A stretch of DNA of 64,000 nt from Basidiobolus meristosporus CBS 931.73 (GCA_002104905.1 MCFE01000303.1:35328-99327), one strand, 5' to 3'; shown: positions 36,615 through 51,800, numbered from the stretch's first letter. The notes: a model not told the origin generated them from the letters alone. Translations and numbers: made by a program.

Positions 36615-38636
36615 AGACTTGCTCCATTGTACCATGCCAGGGTGTGTGACACAATACACGGTTGTAAAAAACAATCAGGCGCAATATTATAGCTACCAGT
36701 AGGCAGGATTGTTCTTGAGCAATTGTGCACTATGTAGGACAATCTTGCACACTATGGCACAATCTGACACAATGAGGTTGGCACAGATGATTGCGCCAAC
36801 TTGTAATGTTTGCATCACATGCGTGATTGGATGCCACTATTATGGCAGGTGAAATCTGGTATTTGGATATATTTCTTTAATGTAAATGGAAATAAATGTG
36901 TATCATACTATAAACTACACTGATACTTACCATTTTGGTTACCATCACTCCAATTGGATGGTATCTCAGTGATTAATTGTTGCAAAAAGTATCCAGAAGC
37001 TGGCAGCCTCCAATTGGCTAATTGACTACTAGACAAGCTACTTGATTTGCCATTAAATATCCCATTTTGCCCATTGAGCAAATAAATCCCTGATCCTTGT
37101 GATTGGACAATGTGTCATAGCAAGCACGCAAGCAATCAGGTAGGTGCAAAACAGATCCAATAGCTGCATTGGTATTACACATGATGTATATATATGCAGG
37201 GTATTTATCTATAGGGGTTCTGTCTCAAATGTGAGACAACCTAGATATTACTAACATCAAAAATTTGATGATCACTGATTTGCAATGGCTTGATTTGGAT
37301 TGCAAAGAAAATGGGTTGTTTGGATCTTTACAAATAATAGCAATTCAAAGCTATTGCATCATCTTCTCCTGGGTTTTTTTCTCACAGGGATTACTACTGA
37401 AGTATTTGGTAGTGACTCACTTTGCACACCTATACTACTTCCTGGCTGACTATCATCTTGGCTACTTGTGTATTTGTAGTCAGTATTTTGCCTCCTAGTT
37501 GATGAGTGCAATGCTGCAGCTTGGCCGCTGTAGTGGGGTGACAGTGACACCCACTGACAGATGTGCTCATTCCCTTATTTTCTACTTCCCTATATCTCTA
37601 CTACACTTATTTTAGATTTATCCCATTTGTCTTACCCAATCAGTACTATCCCATAAGCCGGTTGACTATCACACCTGCCTACCTTATTGCATAAGTTACC
37701 CCTCACTTTATGTAAGATTACTAGCTATAAGTGTTTCTATATTAGGCAAGTACCCGCGTCAGTACCCGTGACACATGATCAACCCGTGTCACCATCCCTA
37801 CCATTTTCATACCATATATGGTATCCCCATGTTACACAGGTTTCAGAATACTGATTCCTGATTGGTTGGATGTGCTGTGCCTCTTAGAACCTTCCGGCAC
37901 CTACTTAGAACATTCTTAGGTCATTCTGATGTCATTAAGATTTCTATTGATATCCGGAACCTTCTGGAACACCATGATTAGTAATCACTTAGCCAGTAAG
38001 AAAAGTATATAAGGGAGGCTATCCCTCAACAATAAATCATCATCCCTTTTATCAATATACCAACTTGTTGATTAGTGTGATCACTGCTACCTGCTGCCTG
38101 AACTTCCAACCCTAGACCACAGGACACTCCCAGGAAACCGCGCTGACAGCCAACTGACCTTGGAGGCACTACTTGTGAGGAATACTCAGAGTAGGTATCT
38201 TTTATTATATTTGATTCTTTCCCAAGTTTGTTCTTGTACAGGCAAAGATACTTTTCTGTCTTTGTAACTATTGACCACAGCTGCATTCTTATCAAGTCCC
38301 TGCTGGTGGAGTTTACAGTTGTTTTGACTTTGGAAGCTTTAGTACATTGTCATCTCAAAGGACGCTGAACCCAGCACATACTTTTGTTAAGATGTCAACT
38401 AAGTTGGGGATTGTAGCTCAATAGTTTTCCCTTGACAAGCTTGTGGCTTTATTCCCCTTCACATTAGATTAGAAACAGAACCCAAGTATTCCTAGCAAGC
38501 TTTTGCCAGAGGTTATTGCACCCAGTGAACACCCCACACACAAAACACTTGAGAAGTGTTGGACGTATCTCTCCCTTGGACCTATACACCACCACACCGC
38601 ACTGAATTGCTCCGGATGATGTAACTGAGCCGGCCT
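36615..38636 (-). mobile_element. Harbinger-like element copy B (inverted right end and ORF2 3' part)
   Basis: Begins AGACTTGCTCCATTGTACCATGCCAGGG (reverse complement of 20352-20379), preceded by AAT; collinear with 19430-20379. Confidence 0.85.
37529..38596. mobile_element. Solo LTR, 1068 bp, inverted relative to 22232-23299
   Basis: High-identity inverted copy of identical length; perfect TSD CCGC (37525-37528, 38597-38600). Confidence 0.88.
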
Positions 38637-38836
38637 AAATTAATCAGCTTGTATGTGTACCAATTAACCAAATTAATGAAGCAAGGAGGTAAGGAGTGTC
38701 AAAAAGATGCAAATGCCAACCAATTTACTCCAATACAAAAAGTGATTGAGGGTATACACGTAAAGAGTGAGAAAATTGCCAGAGAGGCAACTAAGAGCTG
38801 TAATGTTTGAGACTTGTTCCATTTTACCATTGCAGG

Positions 38837-41800
38837 TGTTACAAGTCTTGGTATAAGTGTTGTAGAGGACTAGGGAGTTTAGCTAGTATTGTATTCACTA
38901 AAACTTGAAATGATCTTGATCAAGATTCCATCAGCTTCTTATATACATTTTGCCAGATCAATTACTGACTAATTGTATTTTGTTATGTTGGCTGTGGCTG
39001 ATGACTCATTTGATTGCATCATTATCACCCAATAAGATCCTACCTAATATTTCTATTTCTGTCTGATGATAATCTGCTGATTCATTTGCTGACTAATGCT
39101 ACTGATCTGATAGATAATAGTGAAATACTGATAAGCTAAACATATAACTAATTGATTTGACTTAAAACTGATCTCACTCAAACATTCATGCTACAGATCA
39201 TAGCATTCTCCCCTGCCAAAGTTGAGAGGGTTCTCCTTAATCACTTTTCTTGTGATGCCAATATCTTGATGGTTCAGTATTATCAGCAAGTCATGCAAGC
39301 TTGATTCCGTCCCTATGCACTAAGTCTTCCCGGATAATGCCTTGTTTGTCCACTAATTGGTAAGTTGCAAATGAACATTCTCTGATGATCTTGAATGGTC
39401 CTGTCCTTTGTGGCTCAAACTTCTTCCAAGTGTGGTTTCTTAGCAATACAAAGTTCTCAACTGTCAATGCTTCTGGTGCTATAGTCTTATCAAATCTCTG
39501 CTTCATCTTTTCTGCACTTTGAGATACTTTGGCCTGTGCCTCTTGATGTCTTTGTTCCAGTTGCTGGTGCCTACTTGGCTGACTGAGCTCATCTTCTAGG
39601 GCATCTGTAAGCTTTGGTTGCCTGAGATCTCCTGGAATCCTTGGTTCACATCCACACACTAAGTAAATTGGTAATTGCTGGGTGGTGTTGTGTACTCTGA
39701 CTCTGCATGCATAGAGTGCTTGGTCTATATACTCATCCCATCTACTGACAGCTCCATTTGCATATTTGGTCAGCATTTTTCCAAATAATCCATTATACCA
39801 ATCAGTGACTATTAGATCTGGGGCAATATGTCAAGGTTTTCAAGTGTTTGATCTGCTGCATTTCCAGGTAAGCTTCCAATGTCTTTGCCATAGAGTTTGC
39901 ACCTCAATCAGATAGAATCTCTACAGGGCATCCAAACTTCATAAGGATCTCATGGTAGATGAAATTTGCAACTTCTTGCTCACTGGCTATAGGTAGAGCT
40001 TTAGCCACTAGCCATTTAGTGGCATGGTTGATTGCTACTAGGATCCAACAATTGCATTTCCTGGTAGCTTGCAGTCTTCCAATAAAGTTAATTCCCCATC
40101 TTTCAAATGGTCTGACAGTCTCCAAGGGAGAGATTTCAGCAATTCTCTGTGGTTGGCCTTGGTTAATATGGCAATTTGGGCACATTTCACTAGTTTCTCA
40201 ATGTCATGTTTCATTCTGGGCCACCATGCTCTGGCTTTCACAAGGCTATAGGTTCCTTTAATTCCAAGATGTTTGTATCCATTGTGTTGCTTATGTATTA
40301 AATCCAGGCAAGCAACATAAGGGTAATAGGCAATAGGGCTTCCATCAACAATTTGGTAGAATGTTTCATCCTGTACTACAAATTTGTTGGCTTCATCCCA
40401 GATAATCTTCTTGATATCTTCATCCACCTCATCAGGAATGGCTTGGTCCTCCAAGTACTTTGGTAATAGGCTAGGCCAATCTGATTCATGCACCAAGTGG
40501 AGTTGTGCAACTTGTTCTAATCTTGATAAGGTGTCAGCAACCCTGTTATTTTTTCCAGGGCAGTAGACAATCTCCAAGTCAAATTGCTGAATGTATTCAC
40601 TCCATCTTGCCATTCTTCCAGAGAGTACCTTCTGAGTAAATATATACTTGAGGGAGGCATGATCAGTCTTTACAGTGCATTTGACTCCCTCAAAATAGCA
40701 TCACCATGTCTTCAAACAGTTCATTATAGCAAGCATCTCCTTCTCATGCACTGGATAGTTTGTTCTGTGGAGTTCAGTTTCTTGGATTCAAAGGCAACAG
40801 GGTTGTCCTTTCCCTTGTGTTCATGGCTCAACACTCCACCAATTGCATAATCTGAAGCATCTGTGCACAGAGTAAACTCTTTTTGGAAGTCAGGTATTCC
40901 TAAGCTTGGCAGCTTAGCAAGTTCATTCTTGAGTATCTGGAAGGCAGTTTCACAAGCTATGTCCTCCATGTAGGTATTGCCTTTCTTGAGGATATCAGTT
41001 AAAGGGACTGCAATACTTGCAAAGGACTCAACAAATCTCTGATAATAGGAAACCATTCAGAGGAATGATCTGAGCTCTGATATGCTATGGGGCTGCTTCA
41101 GATTCCTGATAACTTCAACCTTCTTAGGGTCCAAGGTTACTCCTGTGCTAGTCACTATGTGTCCCAGATATTCAACATGTTCCTTGAAGAATTCACACTT
41201 GGGTAGCTTACCATAAAGCTTGTTCTTTCTTAGCTTCTTCAAGACCTTTTCAATGTGCACCAAGTGATCATCTTCTGTTGTGCTGTATATCTATATATCA
41301 TCTAGGTAGATTATCACAAACTTGTCTAAGTACTCCTGGAAGCCAGTCCACATCAGGGTCATGAATGTTGCAGGGGCATTGGTGAGGCAAAAACTCACAA
41401 CTAAGTACTTGTAATGTCCATATCTGGTCCTGAAAGCTGTCTTAAGATGTCTTCTGGCTTCACCCTAATCTGGTTGTATCCTGACATGAGGTCAATCTTG
41501 CTGAAAATAGTGGCTCCATTGAGTTGGTCCAAGAGCTCATCAATCCAAGATATTGGGTACTTATTCTTCACTGTAACTGAGTTGAGGGCCCTGTGGTCAA
41601 TGCACATCCTGAGTGTTCCATCCTTCTTCACAAAAATACTGGTGCTCCCCAAGGTGACTTGCTTGGTCTGATATATCCTTGCTCCAGTAACTGATCTATT
41701 TCTCTATTCATCTCTTCCAACTCCAATGGACTCATTCTGTAAGGTGCTTTACTCACTGGAGGGCCATCTCCTGTTTCAATGGCATGATCCACATCTCTGA

Positions 41801-43422
41801 CTGGTGGTAGGCTTACAGGCTCTTCTGGAAATACATCTGAATACTCCTTCAAAGAGTCTACTGATTTGGTCCAGAAGCTCAACAATCCAAGGTATGGGGT
41901 ACTTATTCTTCATGGTAAGTATGTTGAGGGCTCTGTGGTCAGTGAGTAATATGGTTAAATATGTGAGAGTTCCCATCCGCTGTTGAGACTGAAGCTGATT
42001 TGATAGGACCAAGTTGATTCCAGCTTTCAAAGCAAATTATTCTGACACTTACTCATGCAATGCTCCTGAGTCAATCATGATCTTGGCAGGTACTCCATTG
42101 ATTACTCCATTCAAGTATAATAGCTTCCCTGAGTTTGAGGTCATCTGGGATAGGTATTTCTCTGTCATACAGAAGGTAAGTTCTGAGTCTTCTTCAAGTT
42201 CATCCTCTGTGTTACTATGCTCTTTGGCTTCAATATGGTTCTTAATCACTGGTGTCCATTTCTTCTCTGAGGGCAGTACTTTGCAACATGTCCCTACTGG
42301 TGGCAATTGAAGCAAAGTCCTTTCTTCTTGCATTCTTCCAAGGTAGGATTCTTCTGCATAGCATCTATTTCCATTGGCACTGCTTCTGATTGTCTTCTTT
42401 CATAGTGATTGTAGCCGCTCTGATTAGTCATTGTAGGCTTCCCAACTCCAAACATAGTTGAGTCATAGTCAATGGCAATCATAATAGCTTCTTCAATAGT
42501 CTGAGGTCTTTGATAATTCCCTTCCTACAAGTTCTTTCTTTCAACCCATCAATAAAGTGTTCAACTTGATCCAGAGGGTCCATTCTTTCAATTTGCCCAA
42601 GTAGACATCTATATTCATAGATGTACTCTTGGACCATTCCTTTCTGTCTAAGTGTCTTCAACGTTCTTCTCAGTAGTGTCTGCTGGTGTGGGTGCTCAAA
42701 GGCATCCTGAATTTCCAACACAAACTCATCACAGGTAGGGATTGTAGAGCATCCCATCATAGTGGCTGACCTGATCTTGTTGTGGTACCACTGTAAAGCT
42801 ACATCTGTCAGGTAGGAGGTTGCATAATATAACTTGCTTTCTGGAGCAATTCTCTTAGCCTTGAGAGCTTCTTCAATCTGGTAGAGCCAAGTTCCCAGGT
42901 TTTCATTGACTCTACCATGATACTGGTTGACCTTCACGCTAAAGTTGCCCTTGACAGGGTTTTGCTGGCTTTGGGCCATGGTAGTCATTCCTTGTTGCTG
43001 CTAGGCCAGGATTTGTTGCATAGCATTCTTCCATTCTTGATGTGTGGACATCTTGAGGGGGGCTTCTTCTTTCTTCAGGAGGGAGGTTTCTGGTTATTGT
43101 TGCTACCAATGTTACAAGTCTTGGTATAAGAGTTGTAGTGGAATAGGGAGTTTACCTAGTAATGTATTCACTAAAACTTGAACTGATATTTATCAAGATT
43201 CCAGCAGCTTCTTATATACATTTTGCCATATCAATTGCTGACTAATTGTTTTTAATAATGTAGGCTGTGGCTGATGACTCATTTGATTACATTATCATCT
43301 GCCAATAAGATCCTACTTAATATATTTACTTCTATCTGATAAGGCTTGGCTGACTCATTTGCTGACTAATGCTACTGATTCAACTAAAAACTAATCTAAC
43401 TCAAACATTCAAGTGGTAGATT
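38837..43422 (-). mobile_element. Ty3/Gypsy retrotransposon Gypsy-3 (old, degenerate)
   Basis: LTRs 38837-39200 and 43110-~43422; PBS TGGTAGCA (tRNA-iMet-like, 43101-43108); purine tract at ~39203-39216. The right boundary is approximate. Confidence 0.88.
39291..43051 (-). pseudogene. Gypsy-3 gag-pol remnants
   Basis: gag 42479..42988, knuckle [33 protein letters not shown], integrase WGINF..RL; many stops and frameshifts. Confidence 0.88.
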
Positions 43423-45328
43423 TTAACAGTACTATATGGGTAAATCTTTCTTACTCTGAACAGATCTGGCTTATTGAGGCTGGCATGGATGATTATTACA
43501 GCATGTTATAGTTGATTCATATATACACTCAGATATAACTATTTTAGTAAGTAAAATCTGATTTAGGGATATTTTTCTTAAATATGAATGGAAATAAATG
43601 AGTAGTACATGCTAAACTGTATTAAAACTTACTCTATTGGTTGCCATCACTATACTAGAGTGATGTGTCTGTGGTGGATTTGTTTTAAAGTATCCTGAAG
43701 CTACAAGCCACCAATTGGCTCCTTTTCCAGTACACAAGCTACCTGATCTGCCATTAATTATCTTATTTTGTCTATGCTGCAAATAAGTCCCTGATATAAG
43801 TGATTGGACAAGGTGTCATAGCTAGCATACAACCAATTGGTTTTTGGCAATAAAAGTATAATGGCTGCAATGGTTTTACAGATGATGGATAAGTATGCAA
43901 GGTCTATATACATTGGTGTCCTGTCTCAAGTTTAAGACAACCTTGATATTACTTACATCAAGAATTTATTAATTGTTAGTGTACAGCGGTTTGATTGGGA
44001 TTGCAATGAAATGTGTTGTTTGGATCATGTCAAACAATAGTAATACAATGTGATTGTTTCATATTCTCCAAGTTTTTTCTTGCCAGAATTTCTACTGACC
44101 ATATGGTAGTGACTCACTTTGCACACATAAACTACTTTCTGTTTCACTTTAATCATGGCCACTTGTGTACTAATAGTCAACATCTTGCCTCCAAGTTAAG
44201 GAGTGCAGCACTGTAGCTTGGCTGTGCTGAGTTGCTCCAGAGGGTGTTACAGTACCACCCTGATGTGCCACATACTGGCACATTCCTTTATATGCCAAAG
44301 ACTCCAGTGGTGGAGGTACATCCAGTGGGTCTTTGTTGGTCAATTCTCCAGTAGGACCTTGCTGCTTTTGAGGTGTAACAGCACCAACAGGCACAATATG
44401 ACATACTGGCATAGCCCTAGGCTGATTTCAATGTGATGGGACATGTATATGCTGCTTGGCCAGCTCTGGCTTACTTGTGTCATATTGAGCAGTGTGGCAA
44501 GCTCTTGTACTCTAGCTCTGAACCATGCACATCAACCAAACACACTTTCACTTGGTGTATGGCACCATAGTCAAGGAAGCTGTTATATATTGAACCAACA
44601 TACTCTGGCACGTTGGATTGAAGGACATGGTAAGGAATCCAGTAAGATTTGCTGGCACAATCTGGATGCAGTTGCTCATGGTCTGTATTCTTCTTGAAGC
44701 CTACCTTCTGATTCATCAAGATATTTATTTGCCATTGTTAGACGCTTTAGATCTGCTGCCTTGAAGAGTTCATTATATTACTCTGACAAGCTACTTAGCT
44801 CTGATGATATATGACTAATAGCAATAGTTGTATGAGGCAAAAGCTTGTTCAAAATCTCCTTGACTCCCAGAGTGAAGGCACAATCAGATGCATCTAGTCT
44901 GTACTATGCAATTACTCACAAAATCATTTGCAGTCACCTTCTCCATTAAGTCTCCTCACTCTTAGCTCATTCTTAATTTCAAGACCGGAATATTTATTTA
45001 TGTTTTTAAATACATCTGCTGGCAACTTGATTTAGACTCTCCAAGGTATCCAGTTTTGCTAGATTAATGAGTGGTGGCAAATACCTGCATGAAGACTCAT
45101 CATAGACACATGGGCCTTACCAAAAGCATTTAGCTAATATGCTAAAGGATTTGAAATAGAGTCTTTCTGTAAAAACAAATTGTGTTAACCAGAGGATGGA
45201 TTGAGGGTGGGTGATACTAAAGATCATATAGTAGGCATAATGTGTCTTGTATTTTATTGGCACAAATCAGACCACATCAGTTGCAAATTTCCTACTTGAC
45301 CTGAGCCTTGCAGGTGATACATACTAAG

Positions 45329-48300
45329 TGTATGAGCGTACTGTGCATTAGTAAGTATCCTGACTATTTTACCTATTCTGCTGTTTTCTCATATATATGA
45401 CTTTCCTTTGTATTTACCTGCCAATATGCTGAATCTCTTCAGATATCCAAATGTGTGCTCTACCCTCACTCTGAAATGATAAAATATCTCATTTTAGAGC
45501 TTCTGCTTCCTGCTAAGCACCCCATTCCTTGGCTTCCTATAAGCTCTAATACATCCTAATCTCTGACAATCCTCTTCCATATAAGCTAAGTCTGCCATAC
45601 ATTTCTCCCCTCTACTGAATTCTGGATGATTCTCTACCCAGAGTGCTTTGTCATGCCTACTTCCAGCAAATGGCCCACTAAACCAGATGATGTTACCCTC
45701 AATGTCAGACAGTGCTTGAAACTTCACACAGTGTGCCTTGTACTTGCCAGAATAAAAGTGCCTCTACCCTCTAGAAGGTCTTTTGATCCTCACTGGGAAG
45801 GTATCCAAAATACTCTTCATATGGAACCTGTTGCTGAACACTCTGAGATATGGAAGTCCATTGGAGCTTCTGAACCTAGTATTCCAAGCTTGCTCTGAGT
45901 CATTCATACCCTCTGCAAGGTGGTTCTCCATTGCTGTCAGCTGAGAATGAAAGCTTCTAGGACTTTTGTTGCCATGGATGGTGCAATGAAACCTTGTAGG
46001 GCAATAGTTCTTGTAATAGCAGAGAAGCTTAACAAAGGATCTCCTTGAGTAGATTGGGGTAGATGGACCACAGTACTTGGTATAGATCTCCTTGAGTGTG
46101 TCAAAAGGAAATCCAGGGGTAGTGATGGGATTGATGAGAAAAGCCCATTCAGATGAGTAAGTCATATTAAAATTGAAAGGGATTGCGCTGAGATGATGTG
46201 AGTTGTTTTGGCACCATCAGCTTTATTTATCTGATTATCCATGCATTATGATTAAATCTCCATGAATTGCAATGTATCCCTTCATTATGTTGCAAAAATT
46301 ATCCTTAAACAATGACTGGGTATTTTTATTGATGTTTTACTCACAAGTCTATAAGCAAATAGGAAATCTGCAATTGATGTGATTGGATCTGTGTCAATGC
46401 AATCCAAGATGCATCATGCATAATATATGAAAAACTCAATAATCACATTAGTTTTCATATATATTTCATATAAGACCAGGTTGATGCCAATACACCACTG
46501 TATAAGAATCCAAATCCGTCACTATGGTCCCTATACCAAGTCTCAACTTATCTTTAGTCAATCCAGACAAAACCCATCCCCCAGTTCACAAGCATGATCC
46601 GGACTGGAAAAGGCAGTGTTGGATATATTTGAGTTCCTGCCAAATGATTTTGGTATGGCCCAAGTGTCTATGATGAGCTTTCATACAGATACTTGGGCAC
46701 TATTCATTGATCTAGCAGAACTAGATAGCCCAGAGAGTCAACAGAGATGGAAGAGCCTGAGTAGAAAGCTTTGGCATGAGTTCTATATCAAGATGCCAGC
46801 CAATGTATATAAGAAGATATATAACAAGACAAGTATTGAAATCAAGAATGAGCTGAAAGTGAGAGGATTTGATGAGAAAGCCATGCAGGAACAATTTTGC
46901 ACACAGATGCACAGCACTGGCCAGACACACCTGTTTTTGCCTTGACTTTGGAAACCAAAGAGATTTTGAATGAGTTTTTGCCTCAAATGACTAAAATAGT
47001 ATGTGATATAATAGTAGAGTTATGTGGCTTCCAAGAGCAATATACACAGGACTCATCCAGGCAGCAGTTGCAAAGTATTAGACAGAGGATAAGTGAATAC
47101 CTTGAGGAATCAGAAGGTGGGCTTCAAGGGGAGGAATATAGACCGCAAACAACATTGTCTAGATTGTGCAAGCATGCCTTGCTGGATTCCTTTCCATCCC
47201 TTGCAACTTCAGCACGCCAGTGCACGTCAGTCCAAACTATACCACCACCCTTCACAAGAGTGCCCCACATTGACTCAATGCGTATTGGGTCAGTGCGCTT
47301 GCTTTAGAGCAAAACCACCAGAACCCACCAAACTGCTAAAAAAGACACAAGTCCATTGGAGCAGGCCAAGTTGTGTCAACAAGCGGCATCACATTGAACT
47401 CAGCCAAGGGCCATGCCAGTGCATCAAGTCACATCTGCACAAGCTATTACACCTGACCATCAGCAAGTTTCTTCTGGTGAACTGACGGATGATGACCCAC
47501 ATGAAGTGCCTCCACTACCAGAGCCTTTGGAGAGTAAAAGAACACGTCAGCGTGTAGCACTGCAGGCCGGCTCAGTTGCATCATCCGGAGCAATTCAGTG
47601 CGGCCAAGCTGCAGCATTGCACTCATCAAATAGGAGGCAAAATACTGACTACAAATACACAAGTAGCCAAGAGTATAGTCAACAGGAAAGCAATTTAGGT
47701 GTGCAAAGTGAAGTACTACCAAATGCTTCAGTAGTAATCCCTGTGAGAAAAGAGCTTAGGAGACAATGAAGCATTTGCATTGAATTCCTATTATTTGTAA
47801 TGATCCAAACAACACATTTTTTTTGTGATCTGCATGGAGCCACCGCAAACCAGTGATCACTAAGTTTTTGATATAAGCAATATTAAGGCTGTCTCTCATC
47901 TGAGACAGGACCCCTATAAGTAAACACCATGCATATGTACATATCATCTGTGGCACCAGTGCAGCCATTTAATCTGGTTTGCACTCATACAACTGGTTGT
48001 GTGCTAGCTATGACACATTATCCAATCACTAGGTTCTGGGATTTACTTGCTTAATAGGCAAAATGGGATATTTGATGGGAAATCAGGTAGCTTGTGTATT
48101 GGTCAAAGAGCCAATTGGGGGCTGAAAGCTTCAGGATACTTTTGGACCAATTAACTGCTGAGATACCATCCAATTGGAGTGCTGGTAGCCAAAATGGTAA
48201 GTATTAGTGTAGTTTATAGTGTGATATGCATTTATTTCCATTTACATTAAAGAAATATTTCCAAATACCAGATTTTATCTACCATGATAGTGGTATCAAA

Positions 48301-48504
48301 TTGCGCACGTGATGCAAACATTACAAGTGGGTGCAATCATTTGTGCCAACCTCATTGTGTCAGATTATGCCATAGTGTGCAAGATTGTCCTACATTGTGC
48401 AAAATTGTCCAAGAGCAATCCTGCCTATTGGTAGCTACAATTTTGCTCCTGATTGTTCTTAGAGACCACAGATTGTGCTGTGCATAGTATGATGGAACAA
48501 GTTT
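45329..48504. mobile_element. Harbinger-like element copy D (left end missing)
   Basis: Collinear with 9680-11579 joined to 19095-20379; transposase pseudogene ~45390-46165 (minus), ORF2 pseudogene 46616-47769 (plus), right end ATGGAACAAGTTT at 48504. Confidence 0.88.
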
Positions 48505-48894
48505 AATGTGAAACCATCCAGAAGAACAAGTAAAGTATATGGATGAGAAGACATCATCCAGCGCATTAATGTGCCATCTTCCATCAATAAGCAAATTCTT
48601 GGAATAGATCTGGGCAATATTAAGCTGTTTTGTACTTTAATTTGCTCAACTTTGGCTTACTTTTGATAAGACCCTATGAGAAATAACGGAGATGATTGAA
48701 TCCATAGGCAGTTGCAAGATTACTGTTCCATGACTAAGCAGCATTGATGCTGTTGAGACACTATGCAAAGATTGTTTAGAACATGGCACCTCAGATTTCA
48801 GAAAAAGCTTGGTCAATATATATGTTACAATAAAATTTAAGTGGCCTTTTACAGGGTGTCCACCCATTCTCTCACTCAGTAATACTAAATACTC

Positions 48895-51800
48895 AATGAC
48901 CTCCCAAATTTGTGCACATTAATTGGCAATTGCTTCTTTTTCACCCTCCTTACTTCCTGACTCACACAATGCACTTATTTTCATGCACATCAGTTATCAA
49001 CGTTCCAGAATTCCACAGTAGGCATTGCAATAGTAGTTGAGCTATTAATGTTGTTGCTTTACTGTCAGTGTGATCCCTACTCTCACTACAATTGCAAATG
49101 TGAAGGTGGTGGTAGAATGTTTGCCTCTCTCTACAGCATACCCACCTCCCTCCCAGAGTGTAGATGAACTAACTGCACCTCCAACACTTGGAAAAGTAGC
49201 TCTTGTCTTACTGGTAATTTTTCTTGGCTATGATGGGACTCAGCCTGTTCTGGGCATAAGGCATTAATGGCAGAAACTGCAGCTCTTCACTTTTGCATGC
49301 CTGTTGCTGGCTTGGGTAGACTTTTAGCTTGGCTTATGGTATGCTGTCCTGGAGGCAATGGCATTCAAGACTTCTTACAGCCTCTTGAATATTATACCAC
49401 TCTTCATAATTACACTACATGGCCTTCTGGATGTTCACTGTCTTATAATTTTAAGGCTTGGGTATAAACAACACTATCTCTCCCTTCATTGCTCTGATAG
49501 GTTTCTCAGAGGGCTTTATCTTAAGGCACCGCTGTTGTCACTTAAAGACTGCATGATGCTCCTCTACTGTTACATTAGGAAGTGCCTAAGCTTGCAGCTG
49601 CAACACTCAATTACTTAAGTTATTTCTTTACAGCAATGATACTGCATTCTTGACTATGTATATTGAGTGTCCTACATGTATTATCTGCTCATTTCTGTTT
49701 CTATACTATTTCCTAACTTCTCTGGGCCATTGGATCTCCCTTATAAGCCACTGCACCTAGTTGCCTCATTAATGCTTTGGTATGAACTGACAAAATACTT
49801 GAACCAAAGAAACTATGCTTGCTACATTCACATCTGCCAAAGCATTTTGGTCAGCTTGCAGCTTCACAGAGGTTTTCAATTGCCTGCTTGACTGAGGGCC
49901 TAAGATGTCTGCATTATTACCTTCAGTGAGCACACTGCCCACATGGCCTTTTTTGGGGGTAGCCCCACTTGTTGCACTGAATATCAAAGCATGCTGATGT
50001 TCAACCATTCTGCTGCTATTGCTAGTGGGGTTGGGCTGGGAACCAGAAAACTTTGCTCTGTTTTCTGATGGCACATATATGTTTGTAAGTCAAAGCATAA
50101 GGGAAATAGCGTCAGGTACACATATATATATACTATCTCAACTTATTCATTATGCTTACTAAAGTGGGTCATCACTTGATTTACATTCATATAGATGAAA
50201 TGTCACAAATACAAGACTCTCTTTAATTGTCATGAGTATTGACAAAATAGTGGTATAATAGCATTACATTCCAGAGTGTAAAATGTATTGCCCTATGGAG
50301 AAGACTACATTGATTTAATACCATAAGAGAAGACAAGAAAGACGTTGCAGCTATTGTAACAGCCTCTCAGCCATGAAGCACGCAGAGAGCATAGGAGGTA
50401 TTGCAAGAATGACAGCCAGTGTTTTGCCACATAAGTTCTATTTGACCATCTAGTAGTCACTACTGCACCAACAATATCTTGCTGGCAGCTTGATACTTTT
50501 ATAACAACACCCAGACATACTTGTCACCTTACTCAATCTGAGTCAGGTGAGTTTGTGATGCCTTTAGGCTCACCTTGGCCTTCTGAATATGGCATGCAGA
50601 GTGATAGCTATGAAGGAAAAGGCTCACTGAGCAATTGTGAGCTTATCACCCCTAACAATGGTACCCTGCATGAGCCTGGCAAATTCATCTTATGCAATAA
50701 GACAACACTAGTGAAAAAGTGCCAAGAAAACATTATGGAGCTAAGTGAGCCCATTAAACAGTTTACTGGTGAATGATGTAATGTTGTGGCTAGAGAGGTG
50801 GTGTGGTTCCACCAATGTCAATAATGGGGGCTTTGAGGATTAATTACTACTTCTTGCCAAAATAATCCTGGGGTGATTCTTGCCATGAACATAATATAAA
50901 TGAAAAGCTGTCATGTAGCTGGCATTATATGTCCCAGAGACCATCATGATACCAGCATATGTCAGCAGTTGCATGGCAATCACATTGAATATGCCACCAT
51001 TGCAAGTTGTTGAAATAGTCAGGAATCAACCACCACAGAGGGAAAACATTTTTCTTGTTGTAGTTATATTGCAGAAATACCTGGTCTAAAGTAGCTCATG
51101 CAGTCTGACAAATTTTGTGAGACTATACATTACTGCACTCAGCATCAATCAAGCACAAATATTTCTGATATATTTGATGCCAAACATTACAGACAAATAA
51201 GATTCAAGGGCTGCTCTGAAGGAATGTATAACCATGCTTTTGCCTTGGCACTTGATGGATTATCATTAATCAAATACTGTGCCAACAAATGCCTCTGGCC
51301 TCTTATTCTTGTCAACCTGAAACAGCCACCTATCCCACATCATCAGAGCAGAAATCTGATGGTAGTCTCACTGTTATTTGAGCCAAAATCACTATCCAGC
51401 CTGAATAGCTACCTAAATTCATTGCTGAATGAACTTTGTATGCTTTCCAGCAGGATTATACCTAGTGTCTGTCATATTAGAACACATTATTTTTTGTGTT
51501 GGAGATATTCTTACCCTCAGCAAGATAGCCTGCTTTGCTGATTGCAATGGATGGTTTAACTATTGAACGTGTGAGATGCCAGGATTTACTCAGTAACTGA
51601 CCAAATTATTACTATCCAAACACCATCACTGAAAGCATCAAATGTAGGTGCAAAAGCTCTCCATTGGGAGCAATGCATTTGCTGGCCTCAGCGGAGGATA
51701 CTGCATTTGCTACATTCTCATATGTCTGAGCATAAGAGTCAGCTTGTGGCTCTGCAGAGGTTCTCAATTGCCCACTTGACTGAGACACTGAGGAGTCTGT

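Larger units (their letters stand above)
38810..45299 (-). mobile_element. Harbinger-like element copy C (old, inverted), interrupted by Gypsy-3
   Basis: Right-end TIR AGACTTGTTCCATT at 38810; subterminal and ORF2 remnants resume at ~43540-45299. Confidence 0.65.
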
